From contig NC_068985.1 of NCBI RefSeq assembly GCF_001194135.2, positions 100,575,400-100,621,040 on the forward strand: 45,641 nt of DNA. The letters are read 5' to 3'. Of this stretch, positions 1-13,182 are shown piece by piece (within the stretch, counting starts at the first letter, position 1; each line of letters opens with the position of its first letter). Both the position numbers and the translations under genes were made by a program. The notes beneath the pieces were generated by a model. The model was not told the origin of the DNA, ran no database searches, and saw only the letters and a list, made by a program, of their open reading frames with translations. This DNA is from Octopus bimaculoides. Its lineage: Eukaryota.

Positions 1-944
1 ATATATACATATATACATACTTTGTGTAGCAACACCAAACGGCGGTGCCCCAGTATGGTCACAGCTCATGAGCTGAAACTAGATAAAATGAAAATGAAAA
101 TGAAAATGAAATATATATGTGTGTGCGCGTGTGTGTCTGCGTTCACAGTATCAGTAATTATACTCATCAGAATTACTCGATTGAACGTCACGCGAGATCC
201 GGATTACGTATCTTAAAACCGACAAATGTTATCTGCCATAAGATTTAACCATAGTAATACTGACGATACTTCAACATAATGAAAATATAAAGATACAAAG
301 AGGCAAATATTTCTCATAGAATTGCCTATGAAGCATCTTTTCATTCGAGCAATACTTGCAGAACAAAATTTAAGATATACAATTGGAACAACATGCAAGA
401 ACAGAGAAAGATGACACTTCGTAAAGATTTACAGTTATATTTCATTTAGGAATGTAAGCTACTCGAATTACATTCAATATCTAATGCATAAAGATATATA
501 ACAAAATTACGATTTATATTCAACTGAAAATTGAGACGTATTGAAGCATTCAGAAGAACAGGATATCTACCGTAATTTTAAATCTGAGATATGCGCAATA
601 TGTAGGCATGAAAGAAAATGATGATACCTATTCTATCCTGTTCACCTGTTTGAAACCTGTACTGTTTTGAATCTTGAGGAATTTCTCGTTCATTAAAGCG
701 AAATTGTAGGACTAAAGTAGAGAGAAAAGTGTTATTCTCCAGCGTATTTGCTATAAATACGTGGAGGTGGACGGCCTGTTATAGCTAGAAGACTGCAATC
801 TTAATTTTAGTGTCTTATTTCCTTGTAGGAAGAACATTGAATGGTTTGAAGGCTGCCTTATATTGATTTAGGTAACGGTCACATTTCTTTAGTTTTTAAA
901 TTGCTATTATTTACTACGGAGTATCTTTTAACGTTATCTGATGC

Positions 945-1378
945 TTGTTTCAGTCATTGGAAAACGGCCATGTTCAGGCCGTACTTCAAGGCCGTCCTGC
1001 AAGGGTCTAATCGAAGCGATCAACCACAGTACTTAAATCCTTTTTAGTCAGGCACTTATTCTGTCGATTTGATTTGCTGAACCGATGAGCTACAGGGACG
1101 TAAACAAACCAGCGCCACTTCTCTAGTGGTGGAGATGGTGGTAAGAGATAAATATAAACACCAAGTAAAGGACACACAAATATATGCGTGCGTACACAAA
1201 GGAATACACACATATGTATACGACGGGTTTTTTGGTTTCCGCATATGAAATCCACTCATGAGGGTCTGGTTGGCCCGTTTCTATTGTAGAAGACACTTTC
1301 CGAATAAACTGGAAAACCGGAAAACCCTAAATCATGTGATTGGAAAGCAAACTACTTACCACACACCCACGCCTGAAC
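945..1378 (-). mobile_element. Diverged, near full-length tRNA-derived SINE (same family as 40786-41244)
   Basis: Reverse complement follows the 40786 copy in order: GGCGTGGGTGTGTGGTAAGTAGTTTGC head, GAGTGGATTT..GGAAAC body, GTTTACGTCCC core and TGACTGAAACAAG 3' end. Confidence 0.8.
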
Positions 1379-1528
1379 CTATAAGGGTAAGTTTTCACTA
1401 ACTCTTTATAAGTACTCTGCGTCATATAAAATGTTACTGTGATCGGCTGAACTAGTTTCAGTCTTTTATTGTGAGTTCATAACCAAATGGGTATCTTTTA
1501 TATATGTCTTCAGTGAGACTGAAATATT

Positions 1529-1705
1529 CTTTTCTACTCTAGGCACAAGGCCCGAAAATACACAACTGGTACTTAATTTATCGACCCCGACAAGATGAAA
1601 GGCAAAGCCGCCCTCAGCGGAATTTGAACTCAGACCGAAAAGACAGACGAAATAAAGTTAAGCATCTCGCTCGGCGTGCTGACGTTTCTGCCAGCTCGCC
1701 GCCTT
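1529..1705 (-). mobile_element. tRNA-derived SINE (GGCGGCGAGCTGGCAGAA family), internally deleted, with 13-bp TSD
   Basis: Minus-strand head GGCGGCGAGCTGGCAGAAACG, B-box-like GAGTTCAAATTCC, core GGGGTCGATAAATTAAGTACCAG, tail GGGCCTTGTGCCTAGAGTAGAAA. Direct repeat AGACTGAAATATT at 1516-1528 and 1706-1718. Confidence 0.85.
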
Positions 1706-2073
1706 AGACTGAAATATTACCCAACAATTAGTTAAGATTTAAGCAACTAGGATACGTATATCATAGCATTTTGGCAGCTAGCTCGGGTAATAAATAACGT
1801 ATGCGTTATGTATTATATTTATCTATTACATAGAATGATACCTAAAATTTATAGATGTGCACTGTATTATATTGAAATAAAACACTGTTAAACGCCTTTG
1901 AATATATTATACATGCTTCTGTTTCTTTTTATATATTTTTTATTTGTTTTCAACACGTTTGTTCCATTTTTATATACGATGAAACATCCTTTACACTGTT
2001 CTAGCAAAGCGTCATTATAATGTATAGCTCATTTTGTTACCCTTTTGGCAAATTATGAATCTTTTTGTTGCTG

Positions 2074-2130
2074 TCATCATCATCATGATCATCATTATCA
2101 TCATCATCATTATTATCATTATTATCATCA

Positions 2131-2175
<45 letters not shown>

Positions 2176-2236
2176 TCATCATCCTCATCACCATCATCCT
2201 CGTCATTATCAACATCATCTTTATTTTTATCATCAC
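2074..2236. repeat. Compound trinucleotide microsatellite (ATC/ATT)n(GTC)n(ATC)n
   Basis: Read directly; explains the homopolymer ORFs at 2015-2270. Confidence 0.95.
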
Positions 2237-5200
2237 CATTAATATTGTTATGGTTTACAAAACTGACTAAGCCTACGTGGAAATAATTTAAAAATATCTG
2301 CGAGCAAAACTATCTTGACAAATTGCTGTAAACATTATGACAACTTAAGTACTCATTTGGCAGCGCTAGGCATGGATATTCTCGTGTTTTGTTCGATATT
2401 GCGTTATTTCTGTAAATTGTATGACTATTACTGGCAGTGTTTCCTTATTCTATTCTGTCATGTCACTCACAAATTACATATCTCTACATACGCAACGATT
2501 TTCTAATATGAACGATGCACACACAACTACTCACACACACATGTAGACAAACACGCATGTAAGTGCATATATAAGCGTGTGTATATATAAGCGTGTGAGT
2601 GTTTTTTGTGCTTGAACGCGCGTGTGAGTATTCGTGTGTGTATATGTATACTTTACACATGTGTGTTTGTACGTGTATGTATTGTATAAGGAAATTACAA
2701 GTGTTGATACTAAAAAGAAAATAGATTAAATGTGGATACAAATATATAGAACTAGGCGAGAAGTGAAAAAGAGAAGGAAACGAAAGTAAGATTAAGGAAC
2801 GGCAGAACTTGGTAAACAGCGAGAAAGAGAGGGAAAGAATTTGATACTTCAGCTGTAAAAGTATGGCGCATATTTACTCTACACTTGATATAAACACGCT
2901 TTTCTTAACTATATTAATTACATAAAATGACTTATCTACTTACTGTAACATTAATTACTACTGTCAGGAGGCAGAATATGGTTTCTTTGACTGTCAATTT
3001 CGTTGATAAATAAAGACATCGACTGTTAGAAAATAATAGTATTGTTGCTAGACTAATACACTTCATTTTGATTTATTTGCTAATTTGCTCCTAAGAGATG
3101 GGACATTGCCCATAATGACTTGATTCTTGGAGGTTTACCAACGAAAAGACATAGTCAAATGGATGCAAGAATGATTTTCAAATATTCACGAATAAGATCT
3201 TTGTTTTTCTCACTTTCTTTTTCATATACTGCATCCATATATACAGGACGCTTTCAGATTGACTAAAATGGTTTCATAAATTAGGATACAATTTCATTTA
3301 AGAGATCTTGTCGAGTTGGAGAACTACATTGATGCAATCTGGCAGGAATAATGCTAATTCACGTTGTTCTGCAATTACTAAGAAGAACGTGAGTAATATA
3401 TCATTCGAATTTCTGTCAAATAATCTTAATATTTTCTGCTTATTATGTTATTTTCGTGTAAAATTTCTTCTTAAGCTGACTTGCGGCGTTGTGATGCGCT
3501 GTTTGAATACAAACTCTCCATATTAACCCATGAACTGCAACGGGCAATATGCTGGAAAATGTGGTGCGATCGGCGTGCAAAGTGTCCAGTTTAAGACTTT
3601 TTTCAACATGCCAATGCACTCGCTTTTTCACGTGCACGGGGTGAACTATGACATTGCAACAGCGTTGCCGAATTATAGGATATGATACACAATACCACCT
3701 TATTTTTTCTAAAAGATCCTATTTCATTCGAAAAAGGGGCCCCAGATAAGTGATAAAGAAAGATTCATAGATCGACCGCTGAACGTTGCATGCGCCATTT
3801 TGCTTTAGATCGCTGGTTCACAGTACACACATAACATCTAACCTGCGTTTGCGATTAAATTACAGTATTTTCGTCGAGCTCTGTTTCTGGAAAGATTGGA
3901 GTTAAACAACGATGATGATTTTGCGATAGTTTGTAAGTCGACTGGTGACGAAATGGGCAGTAAAGTTGAATTACAACTCCAAATCCTATGGTGACAACGA
4001 AGCTTCTATGCATGATTCCGAGTTAGCAGTTCCAGAGTCCAGTGGCGGCATCAACGGGGCACGAGGACATAGGTGAATGTTGCAGAAGTAGTCTGTGGAC
4101 AAGAATGAATGACGTTGATGGTGATGAAGCTGTCAAGCATCGATTTTGACCTGAACATGAAAACCTTGCCAATGTAAATGACAAGACACGGCCCATAGTC
4201 TTTGTGAAGCTGCTCCTGACGCATAGTTTCATAGCGACATTCACTGGATTCATCAGAAACTATGCCGAGGCTGAGAAAGCAATCTATGATGCCAAGTAGA
4301 GAAGTGCAACACGAAATGCTGATGTTCTGATACTGACACCACGATCATGGTAGACGCAGTGGACAAGATTATCTCAAGATTTTTCTATTCTCCAAATCCT
4401 CGACTATTTTGGACTGTTCTGGAACTGAAATTTGTGCGTGTACATGCATGAACGGATAGATATATTGGAAGCATTTATAATATTAGCACATCATTTAGAA
4501 TTGTGTATATTTACAAATTACGCATACATACAAGCATTTTCTTTGAATATGACCTTGATTTTCTGAATTTATATTCTCACAGAAAATTAGTATAATTGTC
4601 AAACCCAATAAGCTATGAACTACACATTTTCATCGGATATTCTTGTGATACTGTTGCAAAAATGAGGCGGCAAACAAGACAAAAGAACTCTGAACATTCA
4701 AGGGACATCCAAGATACATTCCTGAAGAGAAGGATGATCCTAATTTATATTTTATGGTCAAAGTAACTGTTGTTAGATTTCACTAAATGTCCTTGAAATA
4801 AATGTTAGACAACTGTTTTTCTCGTTATCTTTCTAATGATACCAAAATCTAGTTTCCAGCATGCGCACAAAATTCTTCATGATGTTTTGAAACTTCAGTT
4901 CTCTGAGAAATCAAAAGTAGGGGCAACATTTAACGATACCCATGGTAAAAATTAATCAAATTATAGGCTAAAACCTGTGGTAAACCAATCACGTCGATAT
5001 TAGTTCTCTCTCTTTCTCTCAGATGTACTGAAGCACATAGAAACTTCCTCTAGCCTATCAAAATAAACAACGAGGTCAATGATTTTTAGAACTCTACAGT
5101 ATAAAGATAAAGTTAGTTTCATACAGCAATGCGTATGTGCAGCTAATTCACAGAACGCTACTATATTTCGGTTCATAGTGCAATATGGACACAAACTGCA

Positions 5201-6316
5201 TATATTCGGAATAAGATTCTCGTTAAATCAATATTGCTTTCAGACTGGTAAGACTTTGTATTCGTTCAACATATGTAACAACGTATATTATCACCAAAAC
5301 TTATACGAATAATGGTTTGCAGTTTCTAATAATAATGTTTACGGGTTTAACTTATACAAACGATGTCTGCAAGCAATGAAAAAATAGCAAGACAGACATT
5401 GTAGTTCATATCTTAGTCTTTAAAATTGTTTCCATAAATGCTGTCAGACAAAATGTACAAAATTAGAAAGAAGGAATATAGACCCAAAACAAATACGATG
5501 GCATAAATATCTTCCATTCTGTTCATTCAATATTATAAGCAGCGTTACTTAATGAAATGTTTTAGCTTACCATCCAAGTAAACTTCCTGTCGCATGATAT
5601 GGAATGAAATATGATAATGTCAGTGATGGCTGTCTGAGGTTTTAAGAAATAGACAAGTGACTAAAATCATTTCAATTAAATATGTAATCTTGACTGCTAT
5701 GTTGCAGAGAGAAGAAATGCGAAACTACGATGAAAAATGCCGGAATTGATTACTGAAGGAATATTTTTAGCACGCGAAGGGCTTATTGTTAAATGGCTTC
5801 CGTCTAAAGCTGATTCAGGATAACGTTGAATGAATATGTAGAGAGTAGCAGCTGTATTGGTGTTTTCTTGGAAACCGAGTCTTCTCGGACCTGAATGGTT
5901 TAGATCTAAAAGCAAAACCAAAGAAATTTTGAGGCTTTGTGAATCATGTTCAGAAAACGGTGATTCATGCACAAACAGATTTTTCTTTTGTGAGTTTCAA
6001 CTTGTAGAAAGAGTGAATAACAAATTTTAAAATCTTTTATAGGGCTGCCATAATATTTCAAGCTGTATGGTAACAGGAACGTCTACTTTCTTATCAGCTC
6101 TCAACGTTCTAAAAGCTAGACTTTTAAAAGAGATTACATGAATTGAATACAAAATATAAAATAACTTAATGTTTCATATGATGCAGATTTTTACTCTTAA
6201 CCCCCAACTTCGTCAGTCTTTCTATAGTGTTTGTCGATGGTTTACTGTCACTTTTCTATTTGTTCATCGTTGCGACACATGAAATACGAACCCTGGTGCA
6301 TGATTTACATTCATAG

Positions 6317-7631
6317 TATCAGGTCATCCCATAAGCAATGTCATTTTCCAGACCGTACTGGTTGAAACATGCTCTAACATATTTAAACAAGATTATTTTT
6401 ACGGGTGCATAAATATCACAGAGGAAGGAAAGCTCCAGTTGGATAGATTCTGGCTTTTAGAACGAGCAAGTAGTAATGTCTTGCTTTAATAACGACCCCC
6501 ACCATGAAAATGGAGGTTATAAAAGAGCGCATTAGATACGCCATGCCTTACGAGTATAAAAATAGGCAACAATGCAACAAATGCATTAAATAATGTGAGA
6601 CGTGTATGGTAAAGCTGTTTGGGATATTTGCAATTATCAACGATGGTTCCGTGAAGTTGGACAAGTCCACTTTAGCTTGAAAGATTCCTGGCACTTTGTG
6701 CGCCCTGTTCCTTTTTGATAATGATATGTTGAAAGCTGCTACTGGGAGAAATCCATATGCAACAGTTGAAGAGTTACCAGAAGAGGTTAATTCAATGTCA
6801 TCAACTATCCATCGCCATTTCCAAGAACTTAGAATCGTGTGTAAGTTGGCAGGAGGTTTCCACATGAAGTGAGTGAAAGAAAATCAAAGAGAACGTGTCA
6901 ATGTCTGCAATGCTATTTATTCACGTGACAAATAATCTCCATTTTCGAACGGCCTAGTGGCCGGTGATGAATAGTGGTTACTTTATAAGAATGTTAAACG
7001 CCGACGTCAATTTGGTTCAACCAGGAGAACAAACAAGATGACATCAAAAACATGATCTTCCTTGGAACATTTTGTTAAGCGTTTGGTGTGACATGTTTGG
7101 TGTAATATACACTTTGAAATCTGGTTACCAAACCAGACAGTTACAGATCGAGTGTACTGTGAATAAATTGATAGTTTGAATGAAAGTCTTACAGAAAACG
7201 GTGCTGTCTAGCTAATCGAAAGTGTGTTATTTTCCATCATGACAATGCCAGAGTTCATAGCGCATCAAATCACATGTGCCAAGATCGAGGAGCTAGCATA
7301 AGAAATGCTTCCACATCCTTCGTGTTCTATTGACCTTGCTCCTTCGGATTATCAATTATTTCGAAGCTTGCAAAATTTTCTTAATAGAGACGGATACAAT
7401 TCCTTAGAGGCACTTGTAACAGGCTCTCAAGAGTTTTTCTTTCCTAAGCCAGCTGATTTCTATAGGAAATTGATTCAGATGGGGAATATTGGATTCAGAT
7501 GGGGAATATTGGATTCAGATGGGGAATATATAGTTGACTAAATTGGTCCCTTACTAGCGTTTTTTTAAAAAACATTTTCAAAGCCTACTACGATTTATTT
7601 ATTACGACATTACTTATGGGGCGACATGATA
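6317..7631 (+). mobile_element. Full-length defective mariner (Tc1/mariner, DD34D) DNA transposon
   Basis: 24-bp imperfect TIRs (TCAGGTCATCCCATAAGCAATGTC at 6319-6342; reverse complement at 7606-7629, 4 mismatches) flanked by TA. Broken transposase from about 6503 (MKMEVIKERIRYAM..), with AGDE*W, HHDNAR and HPSCSIDLAPSDY (consensus HPPYSPDLAPSDY). D2-D3 spacing of 106 nt equals D34D plus a 1-nt insertion. Confidence 0.93.
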
Positions 7632-9019
7632 CTATGTTGTTATATAAGTTTAATTATTTAAACTCACATTGTCAATATTGTATTGTACCATTCTGTGCAA
7701 TATTACACAACTATAACATTACTTGGATGGTACGCAAAATTTAGTTGACTAAGGAATGAAATGAGTAGTGTTAGACTTAAATGTAAATATCTATACTATC
7801 ATATTTGTTTCTGTATTCTCTTGATTTATACTGTGGATTTCTTACGACATCAATTATGAATAAATTCTGAAGAACTTCGATATGAACTGAACTTGTATGC
7901 CTTACTTCCTTTTTGTTACTTGGAGCCGTTTATTCGTATGATATTAGTTATTTTTACATATTTTGGAAGAACTCCAACTCTTACCATTCTGAAATTAATG
8001 ATAATTAAATGTGAATATGGCAGCTTTGAAATCAACGTTTGAACTGAAATATTTCCCTCGAAATGATTTATCAAAGCCACCAATGAATACAGAATAGTAC
8101 GTATGAAAAAATAAAGCCTCGAAATTCGAGTAATTAAAACTTACCTTCCCTATTCTTTACCTCAATTTATGAAATGTTATTTAAAATTACACACATATCT
8201 CTCGGAAGAAATGCAATTCTGCAGAATACATATATTTAAATATAGATAAATCACTCAAAGCAATTGAAGACTTACGAATTTAGAGAAATATTTTTTTCTA
8301 ATCAAGCTTGCACTGATTTAATCTTGGCAAATATAAATAGAGAATTTGTTGAGTAGGTTGTTGCACAGAAGTTGCTAAAGGCGGTATTGCCTGAGATATA
8401 CTTTGTATGAAAATTGCTATATTTATATATAAAATATGTTCACACGCAAGCATGTACACATGCAGCCGCTCATCATATAGATGCATATCTTAGTGCACAT
8501 GTGCATACACACATACATACATACATACATGGATACATTGATACACACACACATAGATACATGTATGCATGCATGTATACATACAGTGATGCGTAAACAT
8601 AAGCGCAAATTCAAATTAACATGAATCTACACACAAGCACGCACACACGCGCGTGCGCGCGCAAACGCACGCATGTATGTGCGTATGTGCGTGTATATAT
8701 ACAGCAAAGTGTGAGTAAAAGGTTAAAAATCTTCGCCTCGTAATCATGCTGTTTCGCGTTCGATCCCATTGTGCAGTTCCTTGGGGAAATGTTTCACTGT
8801 AACAATGGCCATACATATAAACAGTGACGTTTATTCACTCATTCATATACACGCACATACAATTTACACACACTCACATATGAATACTTATATATAACTA
8901 TGTACGTATAAATATGGTCACAAGTAGTCGAGAGCAAACTTGAACATCTCAGTCCAAGAACCCTCTACTCAATAATATATCTTTGATATTACTGATAGAA
9001 GGAAAATGGGTGAGGCCGG

Positions 9020-9135
9020 CGCTTAGTCCCGAAATGATAAAAGACAAAACTTATCTCAACAGAATTTGAAATCAGAACACAAAGATCTCGAAAAAGAAAT
9101 TGCTATGCTTTCTCTCCGATGTTCCACTCTCTGTC
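9020..9135 (-). mobile_element. Highly diverged SINE fragment (GGCGGCGAGCTGG family)
   Basis: GAAATGATAAAAGACAAAACTTATCTCAACAGAATTTGAAATCAGAAC resembles the AAGATGAAAGGCAAAGCCGCCCTCAGCGGAATTTGAACTCAGAC stretch of the 1529 copy. Confidence 0.55.
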
Positions 9136-10048
9136 TCTCTGCTAAAGGGCCAATTTGGTATCGAATATAATATGAAAGAAAAGAAGGCATATGATCACGA
9201 CAAGAACGCCTGTTAAGAGTTGAACCTTCGATACGTTAAAAAATATCTCTCCACATACGCATTCACCACCAGAGACTAAGTGGTGCGAAGCCAGAGAGCA
9301 AAACACTTTAATTTAAAGAAATATTATTCACAAAGTCTTCGAACTACAATAAAAAATCCCATATAGATATCACAATTGAAAATCTACCAACAATGCACAA
9401 AAATACACTTTACCGACATAAAACAAAGTAAGAAAAAAAAACGGAAGTTCTATTGTCTCAGTCACAATGCCATAACTCTGTACAGAAATCAATTTGAATA
9501 AACGGTTCCCGCACAAAAAAGAAAAAAAAAACAATAGTAGTAACCTTTTTATACATGACCCACAATATGATTTAAAAAAACCGCAATATACACTAATGAC
9601 ATAAAACGCTTCTACTGAAGTAAATAATAATATCCTAGACCACTTTATTTATATATCAATAATTAGGAAACATACTTATAAGCCAAAGTCTCAAATCCGT
9701 CTAGAGTAATCTTTTCCAAAGTCTGCTGGTCTTATAATACATAAACAAGCTTGCATGCATGATGCAAATAATGACATTTGTAAACTATTAAGAAGCGAGT
9801 AAGTCCCTAGAAATAAAGAAATACAAAAGTTAACCTAGCAACACAAGACATACTCATATAATACCTATGTAATACCTAAGTACCGGCAACACCCTCGCTT
9901 ACCGTCTCCCCTGAGAACCTTCCCAAATTGTTGTTTTCATGAGTATCATTTAAACTTCACATCGGATAGCAACTCTTGATTTCTAAATAGGTTAACGCAG
10001 AAGAAAAGCATCAGAGAATAGTTACACCATAATATTATTTGTCTCTTA

Positions 10049-10121
<73 letters not shown>

Positions 10122-10215
10122 NNNNNNNNNNNNNNNNNNNNNNNNNNNNNNNNNNNNNNNNNNNNNNNNNNNNNNNNNNNNNNNNNNNNNNNNNNNNNNN
10201 NNNNNNNNNNNNNNN
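10122..10215. other. Assembly gap (N run); further gaps at 16154-17039, 20986-21265, 24456-24812, 32130-32367, 33774-33809, 38706-38922
   Basis: N runs seen directly, most flanked by (TA)n, (AAT)n, (GA)n or poly-T. Confidence 0.99.
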
Positions 10216-10365
10216 TATATACACATACACAATAAATACACATGCATAGATATCTCAAAAGTAGACTAACCTCATTACACCGTTTTCTATATGTCTATTT
10301 ACTTTTGAGATGTCTATCGAAAAACATACATATATATGTATTGATGCACACACACAAACACACAC

Positions 10366-10397
<32 letters not shown>

Positions 10398-10809
10398 CCA
10401 CACACACACACACACACACACACGATCGCACACATACATGTGTAAATACACATAATTATACACTGCTGATAAAGTTCTGATGATTTTGTACCTAGTTTTA
10501 CTTCATTTGCCGAATTTATACTGTGGGGGCTCCTTTTTTATAACTACATGGTCATCAGTCGACTGGTGTAAATACAACCGAAGTAAACCTGTTGCTAGTT
10601 TTTGCCAATGTAAAATCATAATCTTGTGCTAAATTTCAGCAGAAAAATTCCAAAGAATGCTAAGATGACGAGATAAGAAAAACAAATGCTTAAATTAATT
10701 TATATTATAAAAAAATTAATTTTTTATTTACATTTGGATTTACATTCTTTAATTACATTTAGCATTGAGAAATATATAAAAAAAAAAAAATATCTGATTT
10801 GTTCGCTTT

Positions 10810-12290
10810 CAGCTGCAGTCTCTGGATCTTGACATTTGTATACATCCAAGGCGACAGCCTTGTTAAATATAGGCTTTGGAATGTCGAAGATCTTACAGCA
10901 TTTGCCATATCTTTTTAGGCTATATTTTACAGGAAGTATCGATCCAAACATACGAAGCGGCATTTTGTTTTCCAGTTTTCATTTGATTCGGCGTTTGAGT
11001 TTAGCAATATTAATAGTTTAATGGCAAATTTTGCAACATCTCTAAAAGGATTTCCTACAGTGGCATCTTTATAATCCAAGACTTCTAACTATAATGCCTG
11101 AATATTAGATGTATTTCTCCATTTAACTAAATGGATGCTATTAAATTGAATTTCAATTAAAGCATTTTTGTTCTCCATTTAAATGCATTGCTTCTATGAC
11201 AGGAAAAATTTTTCTTTGTAATATCTTAAGGCATTCTCTGCTGAAAAATATGTGATATGCCTCAGTATCTTAAAATTTTCTGGCTATCGTTGCTTGACCT
11301 TTTCATATTATTTCCTTCGGGTGTTGTGACAGTCTCCTTGATAATCATTTCTGTAATCTTTCTCTCGAACCTGTAGCCTAAATTTGATTTAAGGATAAAA
11401 AATTATTTAATATAAGCATGCGGATCAAGATGATCAATTGTACATATTACCAATGCTATCATATTAGCAATCGATTTGATCAGACTCGACAGATCTTCAA
11501 GTAATTTTGTTTTCTCAATTCAGTTTATTCACTTCCCGAACATATTTTAGAAATGGATACAAAAATAAAAGGGAAGGTTCATACCCAGAATCACATGACA
11601 TATCGTATAGCATTTGAACTGTAAAGCACTTTTCTTTTGTAATTGTGGTTTGGAAGTGAGTTTGTGATACAAACTATCGGCTTAAAAGTCTTCTTACAGC
11701 TGCTTCTATTGACAGCAACCTTGTTGTAGAAGATCTCACAATCTTCAAGGGCTCCTTATCATTGATAGCTTGCTAAAGGCTTTTTGTCAAGTTCATGAGT
11801 GAGTGAACCTCGGATACTAAAAATCTAAGTTTCTAGGCAGGAATTCGGCACAGGTGTGGGATACTGTCAACTTAAAAGAATGGGGTACATATGAATAGAA
11901 GTAACGATGAAACTTCGTCTTTAATTTTCTTGAAAACACCCTTGTTCATTTCTATCATTCAACTAGCACTGTCGGTTCCTATAGCCAGCAAAGCTTTTAC
12001 GAGGGGGTGCTGAAAAGTTCCTGGCTTTGGGTAAAACAAAATACAGGAAGACCAGTTAATTATGATTTTGTTCAACATATTCCCCTCTCGAATTCATATA
12101 TTTATTGTAGCGGTCCTTCAGTTGTCCTAAGCTCTGTAAAAGAACTCGGAAGGTCTTTTGCAATACTCGTAAAGCTAGGAAATGTTCCGCACACCCTCGT
12201 ATGGGGGAAGCTCAGGTGCTGACAAGAGTCATATCGCCTACCAAATCAGGGTTGAAAGTGTAACAATAAAATACATGATAGCCTTTTATT
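10810..12290 (-). mobile_element. Degenerate hAT-superfamily transposase relic, interrupted by a MITE
   Basis: Minus-strand translation gives, in order with stops and frameshifts: FPIKALLAIGTDSAS*MIEMNKGVFKKIKDEV (GTDxAS catalytic Asp region), INDKEPLKIVRSSTTRLLSIEAAVRR (TRWLS-like), LEVLDYKDATVGNPFRDVAKFAIKLLILLNSNAE (hAT dimerisation-like) and LKRYGKCCKIFDIP. Termini not resolved. Confidence 0.8.
11998..12201 (+). mobile_element. Mariner-type MITE (~200 bp) nested in the hAT relic
   Basis: TA-CGAGGGGGTGCTGAAAAGTT at the left end and AATGTTCCGCACACCCTCG-TA at the right end; TA target duplication; no ORF. Confidence 0.85.
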
Positions 12291-12968
12291 TGGAGTATCA
12301 TGAAAGTAAAAGAAAAAAAAACAACAATAATAACTGATAGCACTGAAACTTGGTGGTAATATGCTCATAAAGAAAGAAAGAAAAACAATAATAACAGAAA
12401 ACAGATCTAGTAAAAGAGGGAAAAGACAAGAAAAAGGGTAACTATTGTGGAAATGAGAACAATGCTAAAACATGCGAATAACAATTTTTAAACTGCTATT
12501 TTCCCTGCTCAGTGCTAGATTAAAAAAATTCCTGCTAAGCGCTAAGTAAAAAAATGCTAGGTCTAGCAATAAAATTCCTATCTGTGACTATCATTTTTGA
12601 GAATTGTTGCTGATGAGAAGATTTTAATTTTGTTGTTTTGTAACACTACTATTCACTTGTGATTGTCAATAAAGCAAGTAGAATCGCTTGTATGTCGCAT
12701 AAAATTCTTATCACCATTTCTCTCGGCTTTCCGTTCCGAGTTCAAATGCTGGGTAGGTCAACTACTTTCTTGTATTCCTTTTCAGGTGGCTTAAATAAGT
12801 TCCAATCTAATCAACTAATCCACTCCTCTAAATTTTCAATCTCTGTGCCTACTTTCAAAGGAGTTTATCATTAGGTGCGATACAATTTATTTTCTATTTC
12901 ATTGGGTTTATATAATTAGCTTTCAATCCATTACGCGACATAGAAACATTTATGTATGTGGTATATTA

Positions 12969-13182
12969 TACAAGGGTGTGCTGAAAAGTTCCTGGCTTTA
13001 AAGGGCATTGCGAAAGGCCAGGCTGGAAGCCCAGTCTTCCGAGTTCTTTCACAGGGATTTTGGAAAACTGAAGGACCACTGCGGGAATCTGAGAGGGGAA
13101 TATGTTAAACAAAATCATAATTAAATGCACCTCTTGTATTTTCTTGTACCGAAGACTAGAAACTTTTTAGCACCCCCTCGTA
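12969..13182 (-). mobile_element. Second copy of the mariner-type MITE, opposite orientation
   Basis: TA-CAAGGGTGTGCTGAAAAGTT...AACTTTTTAGCACCCCCTCG-TA. The interior (TTCCGAGTTCTTTCACAG, CTGAAGGACC, GAGAGGGGAATATGTT) is the reverse complement of the 11998 copy interior. Confidence 0.85.

Noticed and set aside
2015-2270. Poly-His/Arg, poly-Ile/Val and poly-Met/Thr ORFs
   Set aside because: Translations of a trinucleotide microsatellite in all frames.
4210-4270. Hammerhead-like string on the minus strand (CTGATGA..GAAAC..GTC)
   Set aside because: Stems I and II barely pair, helix III is neither stable nor palindromic, and a competing 10-bp inverted repeat (4221-4230/4256-4265) would sequester the core.
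5710-5995. Coding-like stretch (..VLVFSWKPSLLGPEWFRSK..) ending at a GTGAGT donor-like site
   Set aside because: In-frame stops upstream, weak acceptor and no family recognised.
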